Source of the DNA: a virus | Length of the DNA: 64,000 bases | Virus record (IMG/VR): IMGVR_UViG_3300035001_000008 | Coordinates: 1 to 64,000 of that record | Strand: one strand, 5' to 3' | Shown: positions 19,501 to 28,137 of the stretch, piece by piece | Position numbering within the stretch: the stretch's first letter is position 1 | Layout of the letters: each line of letters begins with the position of its first letter | The notes under the pieces: generated by a model | What the model was told of the DNA's origin: nothing | Database searches by the model: none | The model's input: the letters and a program-made list of their open reading frames with translations, nothing else | Made by a program: the position numbers and the translations under genes

Positions 19501-22490
19501 TTAGCCCGATTATTTATATTGCTTTCAGCGTTATCAAATTTATTAGAGTTCTTTTGAAAGCTAGCGTGTGCGTTATGTGCATCAATTTCAGCATCTTGCA
19601 CAGATACATCTTTAGTTAAATTGCCAATGTAAGATTCAAATAGTTTTTTGATATCTTCCATTGCATAGGCAACATCGTCGTCTAATGCATCATTAACATT
19701 AGGTAATTCGTCTATTTTAATTGAATCAAAGAAAGCATCTACATCGTCAATAGTGCCATCAATTAAATCTTTTTTAGCTTTATCTAATAACGTTTCAATT
19801 GATTCTGTAGACAGGCTAATATTGCCAGATTCTTCACTCGCAGAAGAAACAAGTTTGGCTAATTGTTGCTCTGATTGTTTTATAGCTTTTGTAATCTGAC
19901 CTTTACGGTTAGCTAGTTTATTACCTAAGTCAGAACCAAATTGAGCATCTTGGCCTAAGCTATCTGTTAACTCTTTAATCTCACCCTTAGCTTTATTACC
20001 TAATTCTTTAACATAAGCTAGCAGGTTATTGGCTTTATCAACATCGCCATCCTTAACAGCAGAGTTGATAGCTTTATACGTTTCCCAAAATGACTTGGCA
20101 ATGGTATCAGCTTTCTCTAACGATGCTGTTGGCCCCATACCAGCACTTATATTTAAGCCTTTACCCTGAGTAGCAGCCTTAACTTTGGCTACGCTACTAC
20201 CAGCGCTAGCGGTACTGTAGGGTACTGATTCACCTTTATCGTTAACTGCCATTTTCATGGTATTAGCAGCAACTTTAGGAATTGCTTCAACTAATACCGC
20301 TTCTTTTTCCTGATTAGTTAGTGATAGTGGCTTACCATTGGCCAAATCTTTGAATGTTTTTAATTCAACTAATACAGCTTTTTTAGCAGCCGCTAGGGTA
20401 CTAACTAAAGCCTCTTGAATCGCTTTAATATCTTCAACGGGTAAATCTTCTACATTAGCTAGGGCATCAAGCGCTTTGATAAAGTCTGAATTAATAGAAT
20501 CAAACTTACTAAGTACTTCCTGAGTAGCCGCCCCCATATCTACAGGAGAAGACGCTTTAATCTCAGTCATTAGCTTAAGCGCTTTTAACTGAGTAACTTT
20601 AAGGTCTTCTTGTAAGTTACCCCCACCTACACCCACAGACTCATCCAGACTGCGTAATGCTTGGGTTTTGGCTAGACGTTGTTGAATGGCTGGGGTTTGT
20701 CTATCTGCAAAGGTATAAGCATCGGCTTCAATCTCGCGGCGATAGGCACTATCCCCACCTCTACCACCCTTAGTAGACTTTTCAATTAATGAACCTAGCC
20801 GCTTAGCCTCATCATTATTAGGCTTAAGTGCTTTAACTGCAATTTGTTCACCTTCTACTCTGCCAAAATCAGCCTGTACGGCATGGCGTAATTCGTGAAC
20901 AAGGGTTTCTAGTTGCTTATTGGTTACTGTACCCTGATTAATCGCTTCCAATACTTCAGGGGCTACCTGAACGGTATTGTTGTCTCTTAAATACGCCGCA
21001 TTAGTCCCTTTAGGTAAATCAGCCGCAACTAGTCTAGGGATGTCATCAGTATTGATGTTAACACCTGAAGCCGAACCTACTTCATCGACTACATCTTTGT
21101 AGAATCTAGAAATTTGTCTAGCTTGCTTTGATTTATTATTACTAGCTTTTGAAACTGTTTTATTAGATGCCACCATACTTTGAGGTACATCTAGCAAAGC
21201 ATAGTTTTCAACGGCTGACGTATAGCGTTGCAGTTTCCTTTCCTGAACCGCTAGTTCATCATCAGCTAGTTTAATATCTTGAATGGCACCCTTAAACGTA
21301 TTAGCAACCATGTCTCTTACACGGTCAATTGAAGACGTATAAGATTCAATATCACTACTGATAATAGCGGCCTGAGTTTTTAGTACCGTTAATTTATCAG
21401 TATCGCCTAGCTGAGCAGCCCTTGCAATTTCTTTATTTACAGTGGATAAATCTCTTACCTTTGATTCAAGTGCTTTTGATAAATCTTCTAAACCTAGCTT
21501 TGATTCAAATTCAAATATTTTATCTTGTAGCGCAGCAGCTTTAGCTTTAATAACATTTTGCTGCTTTTCAATAGATGAGCCAAAGTCTTTAACAGCACCA
21601 ATATTATCTTTTACAAAGCCGTATTCTTTAGCTACTTGCTGCTTTGCAATATTGGCATCTGAATTGCTTTTAGCGGATTGTTTACCCCTTACAGCAGCAC
21701 CAGCACTAACAACATTAGTCTTACCTAAGACATCGCTGAAAAGCTTTTCAATCATTTGGGCATCTCTACCCAAAGAATCAAGTATCCCTGAAACGAGTTC
21801 TTTACCTAGTTCTTTACCAACTAAGTCAAAGCTACCCAGCACAAAAGATAACTCTCTCTCAATGCCTGCTGACAACCCCTTAGACAGGTCTTTACTGGCT
21901 TCCCTACCTACACCCTCTAATGCACCTCTACCGACTGCCTGAAAGGGAGAGGCTACAGCTTTAAGTACATTACCAATGGGGTTTGTTTTAGTAGACTTAG
22001 CAACTTCTTTGCCTAAGTTAATAAAGTGCTTCTCAGATGCTTTTGCAACTGCATCGCCAAACTTACCAAAGTTAGATGCATCAAACGCTACCTTAGTGGC
22101 AGGTTGGCTATTAGGATCTCTCCTAACATTCCCGCCATTAGTAACCGTTTGATTAACATTAACTTTAATATTATGAGACTTAGAGCTTAACCCTTTTAAC
22201 TTAGTTTCAAGTTTATCAACTTGAGTAGTATTTACTTTAACGGTTAAAGGGTTTGCATTAAAGTAACTTTGAACTTGCTTAAAGTGTTTTTGTTTTAAGT
22301 CAAGGTGTTTATTAAGTGAAGTTAGCTGACTTTCATCAACAATAGGTTTTAGATTTAAGTTAAGTTTAAGCGAATTTTCAATATCTTTTGCATAATTTAC
22401 AGCATCCTTTTTGAATGCTTCTAAATCTTTTAATGCCTGAGCAGGGCTAAGCCCAATCTCTAAGAGTAATTCGCCTAAACTTTCAGACAT
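13533..22490 (-). CDS. Tail tape measure protein (2985 aa) with HExxH, M23 peptidase and lysozyme-like domains
   Basis: Tape-measure motif KGSVQAEELRGQLGEVLPGA; HELRH; HAGED..HYEI; AIQES..DRDSLGMFQQRPS; follows the tail chaperones. Confidence 0.95.
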   Translation of the reverse strand: MSESLGELLLEIGLSPAQALKDLEAFKKDAVNYAKDIENSLKLNLNLKPIVDESQLTSLNKHLDLKQKHFKQVQSYFNANPLTVKVNTTQVDKLETKLKGLSSKSHNIKVNVNQTVTNGGNVRRDPNSQPATKVAFDASNFGKFGDAVAKASEKHFINLGKEVAKSTKTNPIGNVLKAVASPFQAVGRGALEGVGREASKDLSKGLSAGIERELSFVLGSFDLVGKELGKELVSGILDSLGRDAQMIEKLFSDVLGKTNVVSAGAAVRGKQSAKSNSDANIAKQQVAKEYGFVKDNIGAVKDFGSSIEKQQNVIKAKAAALQDKIFEFESKLGLEDLSKALESKVRDLSTVNKEIARAAQLGDTDKLTVLKTQAAIISSDIESYTSSIDRVRDMVANTFKGAIQDIKLADDELAVQERKLQRYTSAVENYALLDVPQSMVASNKTVSKASNNKSKQARQISRFYKDVVDEVGSASGVNINTDDIPRLVAADLPKGTNAAYLRDNNTVQVAPEVLEAINQGTVTNKQLETLVHELRHAVQADFGRVEGEQIAVKALKPNNDEAKRLGSLIEKSTKGGRGGDSAYRREIEADAYTFADRQTPAIQQRLAKTQALRSLDESVGVGGGNLQEDLKVTQLKALKLMTEIKASSPVDMGAATQEVLSKFDSINSDFIKALDALANVEDLPVEDIKAIQEALVSTLAAAKKAVLVELKTFKDLANGKPLSLTNQEKEAVLVEAIPKVAANTMKMAVNDKGESVPYSTASAGSSVAKVKAATQGKGLNISAGMGPTASLEKADTIAKSFWETYKAINSAVKDGDVDKANNLLAYVKELGNKAKGEIKELTDSLGQDAQFGSDLGNKLANRKGQITKAIKQSEQQLAKLVSSASEESGNISLSTESIETLLDKAKKDLIDGTIDDVDAFFDSIKIDELPNVNDALDDDVAYAMEDIKKLFESYIGNLTKDVSVQDAEIDAHNAHASFQKNSNKFDNAESNINNRANAAQAGVMKNLANEGESAETLISRVNRLLKSEGILGGEGMLKGIKEQALEVLRGFLGYTSLAFIGPMFLDFAAASTKAAVEMQKYRNVLKFVEGDAESANNKIEDIKNSSKELGVDFKQSVSGYVGLSAAAKGTSLEGQSTQEVFSAVQQASSVYQLNPEETQRAMLALQQIMSKGSVQAEELRGQLGEVLPGAFQISARAMGTTTSELNKLLELGQVTSSEFLPKFAQQLSAETDSGVAGAASSAQASINNFNTALLELQSNVGEGILPARQLGLKIAADAMEFAANNAALLSTAITTLAASVALKLGGAAFAAAQAMGILPATFAATRLAALAAAKAFGIFMLKTIALQAAVMAVAAVVQLFQDAGGEMGDVAESSTQKLDNFKASLEGVAEAGKNAADSLKDVKVDGVIGGLMDSPLGGLAGAKEKLYGFLEKSPVGGKFLSNAARGLTTNPIELARNIRAGQQQTDTTKAVDTTVDNSNQVLAASNDFLRGAGRAKLDEFKQVDAQIDMMQQKLRALKALNPEDVKGRAKLEEEINTRLEARKGLIGDITSTRQAVDDQLAAQKSALEALTVMRDSGAITQNTYAEAVAKITPQITKLEKEQQAWTDELDKSVTSLDRIGKSLRDVGAAFQDAVLSSQNADSVGRSAIARARMSGATDGQVTNLQGQLERQTLQAQLIAAQKAISDIQALLNTPELASAINSMGGSASLTSLGPNELATMAEDVGKDSPEMQKALEGLIQVKDFESQILDIQATIDESAAEAQNQLTELGKSITDYYKGIQESFTSTMLDVKASLAQAGFDNLKAELTNSISGITDDFLGSYFDVITSTLETIFEGIMDSLNSAKQVADINAQLAGVMQQGNDLFNQANNSATLGGGSSSSGGPVNNQLSQQYRNTLAAQKYGASRGGGSRSHAGEDFDISGPNANAVSFIGGRVTNVGNDPGGYGHYVDVFNEALGVVERIAEFATGLVQVGDTIAPGQAVGRGETQTGVIHYEIRNDANSQGQGGYGSRGTVDPIQYLNQRGINPFAAPDQVFANYKGRTNNQSNTQLTAGHHEGDGHDHGQRSSAPVQASSLTVKGVQATQEQIRLAQTIAETGRRLGATQRDIEGAIATAIQESTLQNLNGGDRDSLGMFQQRPSMEWGNRSQITNPEFAAESFFQGRGSNIGLLDVNDRSDIYRASHRVQRSAHPDAPRRWDAEAQAIAAAVMGGGGSTATGVPSAIMQPSVNTSGIKQGQNLALQGANAQIDAVQQSQAARDAIRTAQINLNTRKLEQQLLQDAWAEEDSQRGRDRELEDRTLALAPQTADTALAQDLIKLQREFEDSNRELYREMEDMSLSSENADAQIAAFNEAIKALIAQGANPAQIEAIRTQIGILETAQDTLEPELESRREYLAELEELHDKEKEQLIIAGEIAIEAERIAKLRSRVDFDRETSGPTIELLRRAGQQSQANQMQFNIEIDEIDLAKLEQLNALRKELLDGNITQEDYELRVSVIETDSNNRLQIQRQDAARTTNDQSMRDERAVFDSSSAVNDARMQRANTLGFSNAYATQGQARQQAQQAENLRFREQLQQIQNDATLSAESIKAMTDNATQLNGLNLDSINTEFSELTPIISSMQSSMTEMFTGILDGSKTVGEAFRGFISSMISSLASMVAQKLTAGMSENIFGGLFGSESDTAGDTGFALEGATPGDTLANAAQVSSQMFIEAGNQFAATIQQAALSFESSLNATGHSGMFGGLQAENFGSGAFSFLGGGGNKSGRGGLQVDTSNLNLSFESGARNLGQAIVQGSEKGGGFFSNLFGNIFGGGGGQGGGGLGGIIGSLFGGGGSGGGLGSIIGMVTGLLGFKDGGVVGQMGMVNTTIEDALRKEGSNSVLATLTPGEYVLNEKMQNVLNGVLAYQGQSIENVLGFKNGGVVPGAAVSTGVNLSQTATKTGPNISIPINIQSSGNTENDADFTRKLSDAIEKTTLQLIQREKRFNGQLYNG

Positions 22491-22497
22491 ATTTTAA

Positions 22498-22755
22498 CTA
22501 AAGTAAAGATTTAATGTCATCTAATTCCAATATATTGGCTACTACAATATCAGGTAGTTTATCGGCTTTATACAGTTTAACTAATATCTTAGCTGTACGT
22601 TCTGATAGCGTTCTAACCTTAGATACTTCATCAGGAAATGGTAGTAAAGCTTGAGGCTGAATCGCATCACCTTTACCACCACCTAATGATTTAAGACTGT
22701 TTAATATTGCTGTTAAACCTGTAGAGGATGTACGCGACAAAACGTTAGCATCCAT
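22498..22755 (-). CDS. Tail assembly chaperone T part (C-terminus of the G-T frameshift fusion)
   Basis: Frame is open for 63 codons upstream, to the GGGAAAG site. Confidence 0.8.
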   Translation of the reverse strand: MDANVLSRTSSTGLTAILNSLKSLGGGKGDAIQPQALLPFPDEVSKVRTLSERTAKILVKLYKADKLPDIVVANILELDDIKSLL

Positions 22756-22793
22756 CCTCTTAAGTTTCTCAATATTCTCAACACATTGAAAGA

Positions 22794-23777
22794 TTAACCA
22801 CTCAGGCTGACTTCCAAAGTTTTCGGAGTTGAATCGGGTGTCTGAGATTCCGTAGTACTGGATTTTCCAGTAGAGTTCACCGTAGTCGAGACAGACTCGT
22901 TTTCTACTGTTTCGGAGTCCGTCAACAATGGATTGGACTTTCCCAAATCCATCTCTTCATCAAGTGCCCCTGCATCACCATCCGTTTTCATGCCGCGTTC
23001 TGACATGTAGAACTCATAGATTTCTTGAGCAACATCAATAGGTGCGTTAGGTAGCTCTGATTTAGTTAGTTCTAAAGACCAACCATCATATCCCGCAATG
23101 ACGACACCGTTAGAATCGAGAGCAAACCCAACAGTATTATGTTTAATACGGGTAGAGATTTCATCAGTTAGTTTAAGCGTAGTTGCATCACATTCAGCAT
23201 TAGCCGATAGGGTCACTACAACATCGCCAAACTGAGCTTTATCACCCTTAGCCATAGGGAATGCCAAAGGTTCAACGATAAGGGTATCAGCGCCCTCCCT
23301 AGCAGACTTAGACACGATAACCGGGTATAGCGCCCTACGGGCAATCATGCCTGTAGCAACGCTTTCTACAAGAGCACGGTCTTTATTCTTTTTAGCCATT
23401 GCCTTAAGCAATGCTTTATACCGTTCACGACCCATGTACTTAAACATGGCAAACTCTGACGATTCATCAGAAGCTACTACTTCAGCACCTTCATCAGTTT
23501 GAATCGTTTTAACTTTAATGCCAAAGAGTAGATTGTTAGCTTCTTTGTACTCTACTTTTTCCTTTTCCATGATGTCGCGTACAGTCTCTAGAATCAAAGT
23601 CTGAGATTCTAGTTGCTCATCTAGTTTCTTTTCGTCTTCATCGGTAAGTGCATCGTTTACCGTTGTATAGCCCAAAGACAACAGATACATAGTTGTCATA
23701 CCTGGTACAGGAATCGCCTTATACGCGATGTTGGTAGATGCCCGCTGTTTGAAGGGCTTAAAACCTTTGAACGCCAT
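22794..23777 (-). CDS. Tail assembly chaperone G
   Basis: Lies between tail tube and tape measure; contains the slippery heptamer. Confidence 0.8.
   Translation of the reverse strand: MAFKGFKPFKQRASTNIAYKAIPVPGMTTMYLLSLGYTTVNDALTDEDEKKLDEQLESQTLILETVRDIMEKEKVEYKEANNLLFGIKVKTIQTDEGAEVVASDESSEFAMFKYMGRERYKALLKAMAKKNKDRALVESVATGMIARRALYPVIVSKSAREGADTLIVEPLAFPMAKGDKAQFGDVVVTLSANAECDATTLKLTDEISTRIKHNTVGFALDSNGVVIAGYDGWSLELTKSELPNAPIDVAQEIYEFYMSERGMKTDGDAGALDEEMDLGKSNPLLTDSETVENESVSTTVNSTGKSSTTESQTPDSTPKTLEVSLSG
22938..22944 (-). other. -1 programmed ribosomal frameshift site G GGA AAG
   Basis: In frame with ORF 22794-23777; the -1 frame reads without a stop into ORF 22498-22755. Confidence 0.85.
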
Positions 23778-23850
23778 GTTTAATTAATCCCGTATAGGTG
23801 AAATAATCTACTGTTTAATTATAAACAATATTAAATGGTGGATATTTGAC

Positions 23851-24099
23851 CTAGAACACTGAGATAATCTCAAATTCTAGATCATCACGTTCACTCATGA
23901 AGACTGACCAAGTAGCAGAGTTTATTACTTCATCAGGCATCTGAACGTGATAAGTAGTATCACCCCATAGCAAGTTAAGTGTTGGAATGCCGCCCCTAAG
24001 GGCTGCTAGACCACAGTAAAGCTTTCCCTCTTTCTCAGTTACGTTAAATAAATTCCCTAGCATTCCTGTTTTATCAGAAAGCATATCGATGTGATTCAT
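23851..24099 (-). CDS. Hypothetical protein in tail module
   Basis: 82-aa ORF co-oriented with tail genes. Confidence 0.55.
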   Translation of the reverse strand: MNHIDMLSDKTGMLGNLFNVTEKEGKLYCGLAALRGGIPTLNLLWGDTTYHVQMPDEVINSATWSVFMSERDDLEFEIISVF

Positions 24100-24168
24100 A
24101 TCACAGCCTGTTTGTTTAATCTTGTTTAATATTAGATGGTAGACAGGAATTAGATTTGAAGGTTTGAG

Positions 24169-25716
24169 ATGCCTAAAGGTAAAACAGATACAGCACTAGA
24201 TGTAAAAAGTTTTGTAGAAGGTAGTGGCTATTCGCTACTATCTGAGTACGTTGATAATAAAACTAAAATTAAAGTTGAATGCTGTAAAGGGCATCAGCGT
24301 GATACATTCTTTCAAAGTTTCAAAAAGAGTAAGGGTTGTGCACCTTGCACTAAAGGAGCACCCTCCCAATCAGAAGTAAAAGAATCTTTTGCCAGTGAAG
24401 ACTATCAGTTGATTGGTAGGTATGAAGCCAGTAATAAACCTCTGTCTGTCATTTGCAATAAGGGACACGCAAGCAACACTATTACATGGGGTAATTGGAA
24501 AAAAGGACATAAATGTGCAGTCTGTAAAGGTTTGCGGATAACGCACGATGATGTAAAAAAAGCTTTTGAAAAGAGAAGTTATACACTATTGTCGGAGTAC
24601 AAAGGAGCGCATAAAAAATTAGATTTTATATGCCCAAATGGTCATACCCATAAAATGGCTTGGACACATTTTCAACAAGGGAACGAATGTGCTAAATGTG
24701 TTGGGGGAATTAGGTTGACACTAGGTGAGGTAAAAACAGGGTTTTTATCCCAAGGGTATACGCCATTATTTGAGTCGTACACAAACGCTCAAACTTATTT
24801 AGATTACAAATGTGATAAGGGACACTATAATAAAATATTTTGGAATGCTTTTCAACAAGGACATAGATGCCCAGATTGTGCAGGGAATAAGCCCCTAACC
24901 ACTGATTATGTGCTAGAAGAATTTGCAAAAATCGGATACATATTACTATCCGAATATAAAAATAGCGATAAAAAGCTACGGTTTATTTGTGCAAATAACC
25001 ATATGCACACAACCGATTGGTCTAATTGGCTCTACGGGGTAAGATGCGGCATTTGCGCTGGTAGACATAAAACGACTGAATATGTTTCTATAGATTTTGA
25101 AAAAAGAGGCTATATTCTGTTATCTGAATATAAAAGAGAGTATCTACCTCTAAAAATGATATGCCCTAATAACCATCTACATTCAATTAGATGGGATTCT
25201 TGGGTACAAGGACATGGATGCGGCATTTGTGGTGGTAGGTATGTGGATACTCGGATAGCTAGAGAATCTTTTGAGGCAGAATCTTACAAGCTTGAATCCG
25301 AGTTTGAGCACTCTCAAAAACCCTTAAACTTTACATGCCCTAAAGGCCACAAAAACTCAATAACATGGATGGTATGGAATAGAGGCGGTAGATGCCAATC
25401 TTGTGCTGAACATGGGTTTAACCCAAACAAGCCAGGTATTTTATATTATTTAAGATTTGATATTTTACATGATTCGTACTATAAAATAGGCATAACCAAT
25501 AGATCTATAAAAGAAAGATTTGCCGCTGAACCGCTAGGATTTACGGTATTAAAACAAAGTTACTACGAAAAAGGAAATGATGCAAGAGTGGAGGAAACAA
25601 AAATAAAGAGGTTATATAAAAAGTATAGATATAAAGGAAGCTCTGTACTTCGCAGTGGAAATACAGAGCTTTTTGTAAAAGATATTTTAGAATTAGATTA
25701 TCCTAAAATTATCTAA
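24169..25716 (+). CDS. Zinc-ribbon-repeat homing-endonuclease-like protein (7 repeats + GIY-YIG/T5orf172-like domain)
   Basis: 7x CxxG/NH...CxxC; C-terminal LYYLRF..YYKIGITNR..ERF..E..GNTELF. Confidence 0.8.
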   Translation: MPKGKTDTALDVKSFVEGSGYSLLSEYVDNKTKIKVECCKGHQRDTFFQSFKKSKGCAPCTKGAPSQSEVKESFASEDYQLIGRYEASNKPLSVICNKGHASNTITWGNWKKGHKCAVCKGLRITHDDVKKAFEKRSYTLLSEYKGAHKKLDFICPNGHTHKMAWTHFQQGNECAKCVGGIRLTLGEVKTGFLSQGYTPLFESYTNAQTYLDYKCDKGHYNKIFWNAFQQGHRCPDCAGNKPLTTDYVLEEFAKIGYILLSEYKNSDKKLRFICANNHMHTTDWSNWLYGVRCGICAGRHKTTEYVSIDFEKRGYILLSEYKREYLPLKMICPNNHLHSIRWDSWVQGHGCGICGGRYVDTRIARESFEAESYKLESEFEHSQKPLNFTCPKGHKNSITWMVWNRGGRCQSCAEHGFNPNKPGILYYLRFDILHDSYYKIGITNRSIKERFAAEPLGFTVLKQSYYEKGNDARVEETKIKRLYKKYRYKGSSVLRSGNTELFVKDILELDYPKII

Positions 25717-25718
25717 TA

Positions 25719-26444
25719 CTAGGTAAAGGAATACGCAGGGATATACTCATAAGTGTCGCCTTGAACAGACAGTTCGAATGAGTACTTTTTAATCTCATTC
25801 ATATTACCAGGTCGGTTTAGGTTGCCAATTTTAGCAACACCACGATCCTCTGAACCATCAGGATAAGAAAGTAGGAAAAATACCTCGGATCCGAAGAATT
25901 GAGTAGTCTGGCCCGCGCGATAGACAATTTCTGTGAGCGCACGGTCACGAGGTCTTTCGATGCCACTCACACTGATCGTGCGGGCTGCTCTAATTTTCTC
26001 TACTTCCGTACCAGAACCCGATTCAGCAGAGGTGCTATCTACATCAGTATCACTCTGAGCAAAGCTATGGTCAGTGATACCGAACAGGGGGAGCATACCG
26101 GGGATGAAAGAAGCTGTTAGGTTAGCAGCCAAGGGGAAGATAATAGGAGCTACCGCAACTTCTACAGGCGTGCCACTTACGATAGAAGCTTCTTCAGTAA
26201 CAATAACCTGCACACGACGCTTATTAACGGTAAGGTCACTAAAGGTCAATGCTTGACCGGGTAGAAGCTCAATCGTGCCAGCGCTAGCATCAAGCTCTAG
26301 AGTAGTCGCACCGGCTAGGGCAGCAGTTTCTACAGTAAGCGTTACAGGGGTAACGGTACGGCTACCGGGGGGTAGTAGCTTGAGGTTAAGGAATACGTTC
26401 TTGAGCTGAATAGCTCCACTTGCAAAACTAGCCATATTAATCAA
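25719..26444 (-). CDS. Major tail tube protein
   Basis: Position after terminator gene; C-terminal YPDG..RGVAKI..YSFELSVQG tube-like pattern. Confidence 0.75.
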   Translation of the reverse strand: MINMASFASGAIQLKNVFLNLKLLPPGSRTVTPVTLTVETAALAGATTLELDASAGTIELLPGQALTFSDLTVNKRRVQVIVTEEASIVSGTPVEVAVAPIIFPLAANLTASFIPGMLPLFGITDHSFAQSDTDVDSTSAESGSGTEVEKIRAARTISVSGIERPRDRALTEIVYRAGQTTQFFGSEVFFLLSYPDGSEDRGVAKIGNLNRPGNMNEIKKYSFELSVQGDTYEYIPAYSFT

Positions 26445-26451
26445 TCTCCAG

Positions 26452-26856
26452 TTAATTTGTAATAAACACGGGTGAACAAATCCAGAAAACTATTTGTTCA
26501 TAGGATTCATCTGTAGCGGGGGAATGAATCGCCCTATCGACTACAAATTCAAGTTTCAAACGTCTTGATGCGGTTGAAAGTTTTACGGATGATCTATCAA
26601 AGTTAATTAACGTTGTTAGATAGTATTGGTCAGCGAATGCACCGCCTGAAACACGGGTATTCTTACCAATAGGTTCTCTTTGTATTGTAACCATTAAACC
26701 ATTTGCAGATTTGCGCCTGGTATCTTCAGGAGGTTCAACAGTTAAAGAAGGTTGACCATCGGAAAAAGTACCCAATAAATCACCAACCACAGCACGTACT
26801 CTATTAACAATGGCTGCTAATTGATAATCGTTAGCTTCTACTACTTGATTACTCAA
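26452..26856 (-). CDS. Tail terminator-like protein
   Basis: 134 aa, directly upstream of the tube gene. Confidence 0.55.
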   Translation of the reverse strand: MSNQVVEANDYQLAAIVNRVRAVVGDLLGTFSDGQPSLTVEPPEDTRRKSANGLMVTIQREPIGKNTRVSGGAFADQYYLTTLINFDRSSVKLSTASRRLKLEFVVDRAIHSPATDESYEQIVFWICSPVFITN

Positions 26857-27235
26857 AAGTCACCTCCTGAGAATCATATAGCTCACCTGTATCGATACGA
26901 TCACGTAAACCCGCTTTAACAAGTTCACCGTTTTTACGCTGTGTATCTCTAGGGTGATACCAACGAATAGCGGCTAAGTTTGATTGCATTTTTAGTGCAA
27001 GCTCTTCGACAAATAAAGCGAAAGCCCTTTTAACATCTCCATCGTAGTTATCTACGAACAAGGCAGGGCAATCTGTTTCTTTTATAGTGGTTAACACCCA
27101 AGGGGAAGCAGGTAAATCAGGACGATTATCTTTATAAGTAGCGCCTTGATGAATTGCTAACGCATGACCAGCGGTGTATTTAATGTTGGCTTTTTGAGGG
27201 GTAAGGGTAATTTTATTCCATTTAGCTTTAACCAT
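26849..27235 (-). CDS. Neck/tail-completion protein
   Basis: YTAGHALAIHQG and RDRIDTGELYDS resemble HK97 gp10-like motifs. Confidence 0.6.
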   Translation of the reverse strand: MVKAKWNKITLTPQKANIKYTAGHALAIHQGATYKDNRPDLPASPWVLTTIKETDCPALFVDNYDGDVKRAFALFVEELALKMQSNLAAIRWYHPRDTQRKNGELVKAGLRDRIDTGELYDSQEVTFE

Positions 27236-27639
27236 TACCCACCCCCAACAGTTAAAAAATAACCGCTTATCTGTGTCCCTAATGCTTTTGAAACTGCTTT
27301 GAAACGTTGTGGTACTAATACCTCAATTGAAAAATCACCAGTGTAAGTAACACCTGAAGCAGGGTCAACAAACTTAGCCTTTATTAATTGATTTAAGGGT
27401 AAGTCTGTTGGTTGCAACTTAGGCTCTACTAAATTACCAGTTACGTACATTCTAGAAACCGCAGGGCCATCATTAAATGTTTCTGATGGGTTAAGCGTTC
27501 CTTGATATACACTAGCGGTAACTGTCTTTTCAACTGGATTAACAGGTCTTTGAATCCCTAAAGAATCGGTCTCATATTGCCCACTATCCGTAGAATAAGT
27601 GAGCCATAGATTAGTGAATTTCTTAAAGGGAGAACCCAT
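27235..27639 (-). CDS. Head-closure/connector-like protein
   Basis: Size, beta-rich sequence and synteny. Confidence 0.5.
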   Translation of the reverse strand: MGSPFKKFTNLWLTYSTDSGQYETDSLGIQRPVNPVEKTVTASVYQGTLNPSETFNDGPAVSRMYVTGNLVEPKLQPTDLPLNQLIKAKFVDPASGVTYTGDFSIEVLVPQRFKAVSKALGTQISGYFLTVGGG

Positions 27640-28118
27640 TAATTAAATTTAGCCTCAATTTCAGATTCACTAAATTTAACGCCTTCATTTAGGCTTTTGA
27701 ACTCATCAAGGGATGAAAAGCCAGAATCAGGCATCTTTTTTAGAATCAATTTAGCTGCTACATTGCCGATACCCTCTAGCGCTACCAGCTCAGGCTGTGA
27801 AGGCTTCCAGTTAGTAGATTTAAGTACTGGTGCAACATTGAGCTTAGGCTGTTGTACTGGCAGGGGTTGACCACTTAGAGGGTCATCTTTAAGGGATACC
27901 TGTAGACCATCTTTATCGGCGGTAGATGGCTCTACAAATAGTTCATCTAGGATGCCTAGTTCTAGAGCCATCTTTACTGAAGGATGGCGTTTAGCTACTA
28001 CCCATTCACTATCATCAACGTTGATGTTTACACCGGGAAGTAATTGTAGAAAATTACGCTTACCCCCGGAATAATTTACGTCAAGGCTAGTGGGTCGATT
28101 ATGCTTGATTGTTGCCAT
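27639..28118 (-). CDS. Post-capsid protein with C-terminal helix-hairpin-helix motif
   Basis: LVALEGIGNVAAKLI...FSSLDEF. Confidence 0.6.
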   Translation of the reverse strand: MATIKHNRPTSLDVNYSGGKRNFLQLLPGVNINVDDSEWVVAKRHPSVKMALELGILDELFVEPSTADKDGLQVSLKDDPLSGQPLPVQQPKLNVAPVLKSTNWKPSQPELVALEGIGNVAAKLILKKMPDSGFSSLDEFKSLNEGVKFSESEIEAKFN

Positions 28119-28137
28119 GATTAACCCTTATCTAATA

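Noticed and set aside
13834-21942. Plus-strand ORFs inside the tape measure (13834, 14533, 18223, 19150, 21442) and similar antisense ORFs elsewhere
   Set aside because: Shadow frames of well-supported genes, with no motifs.
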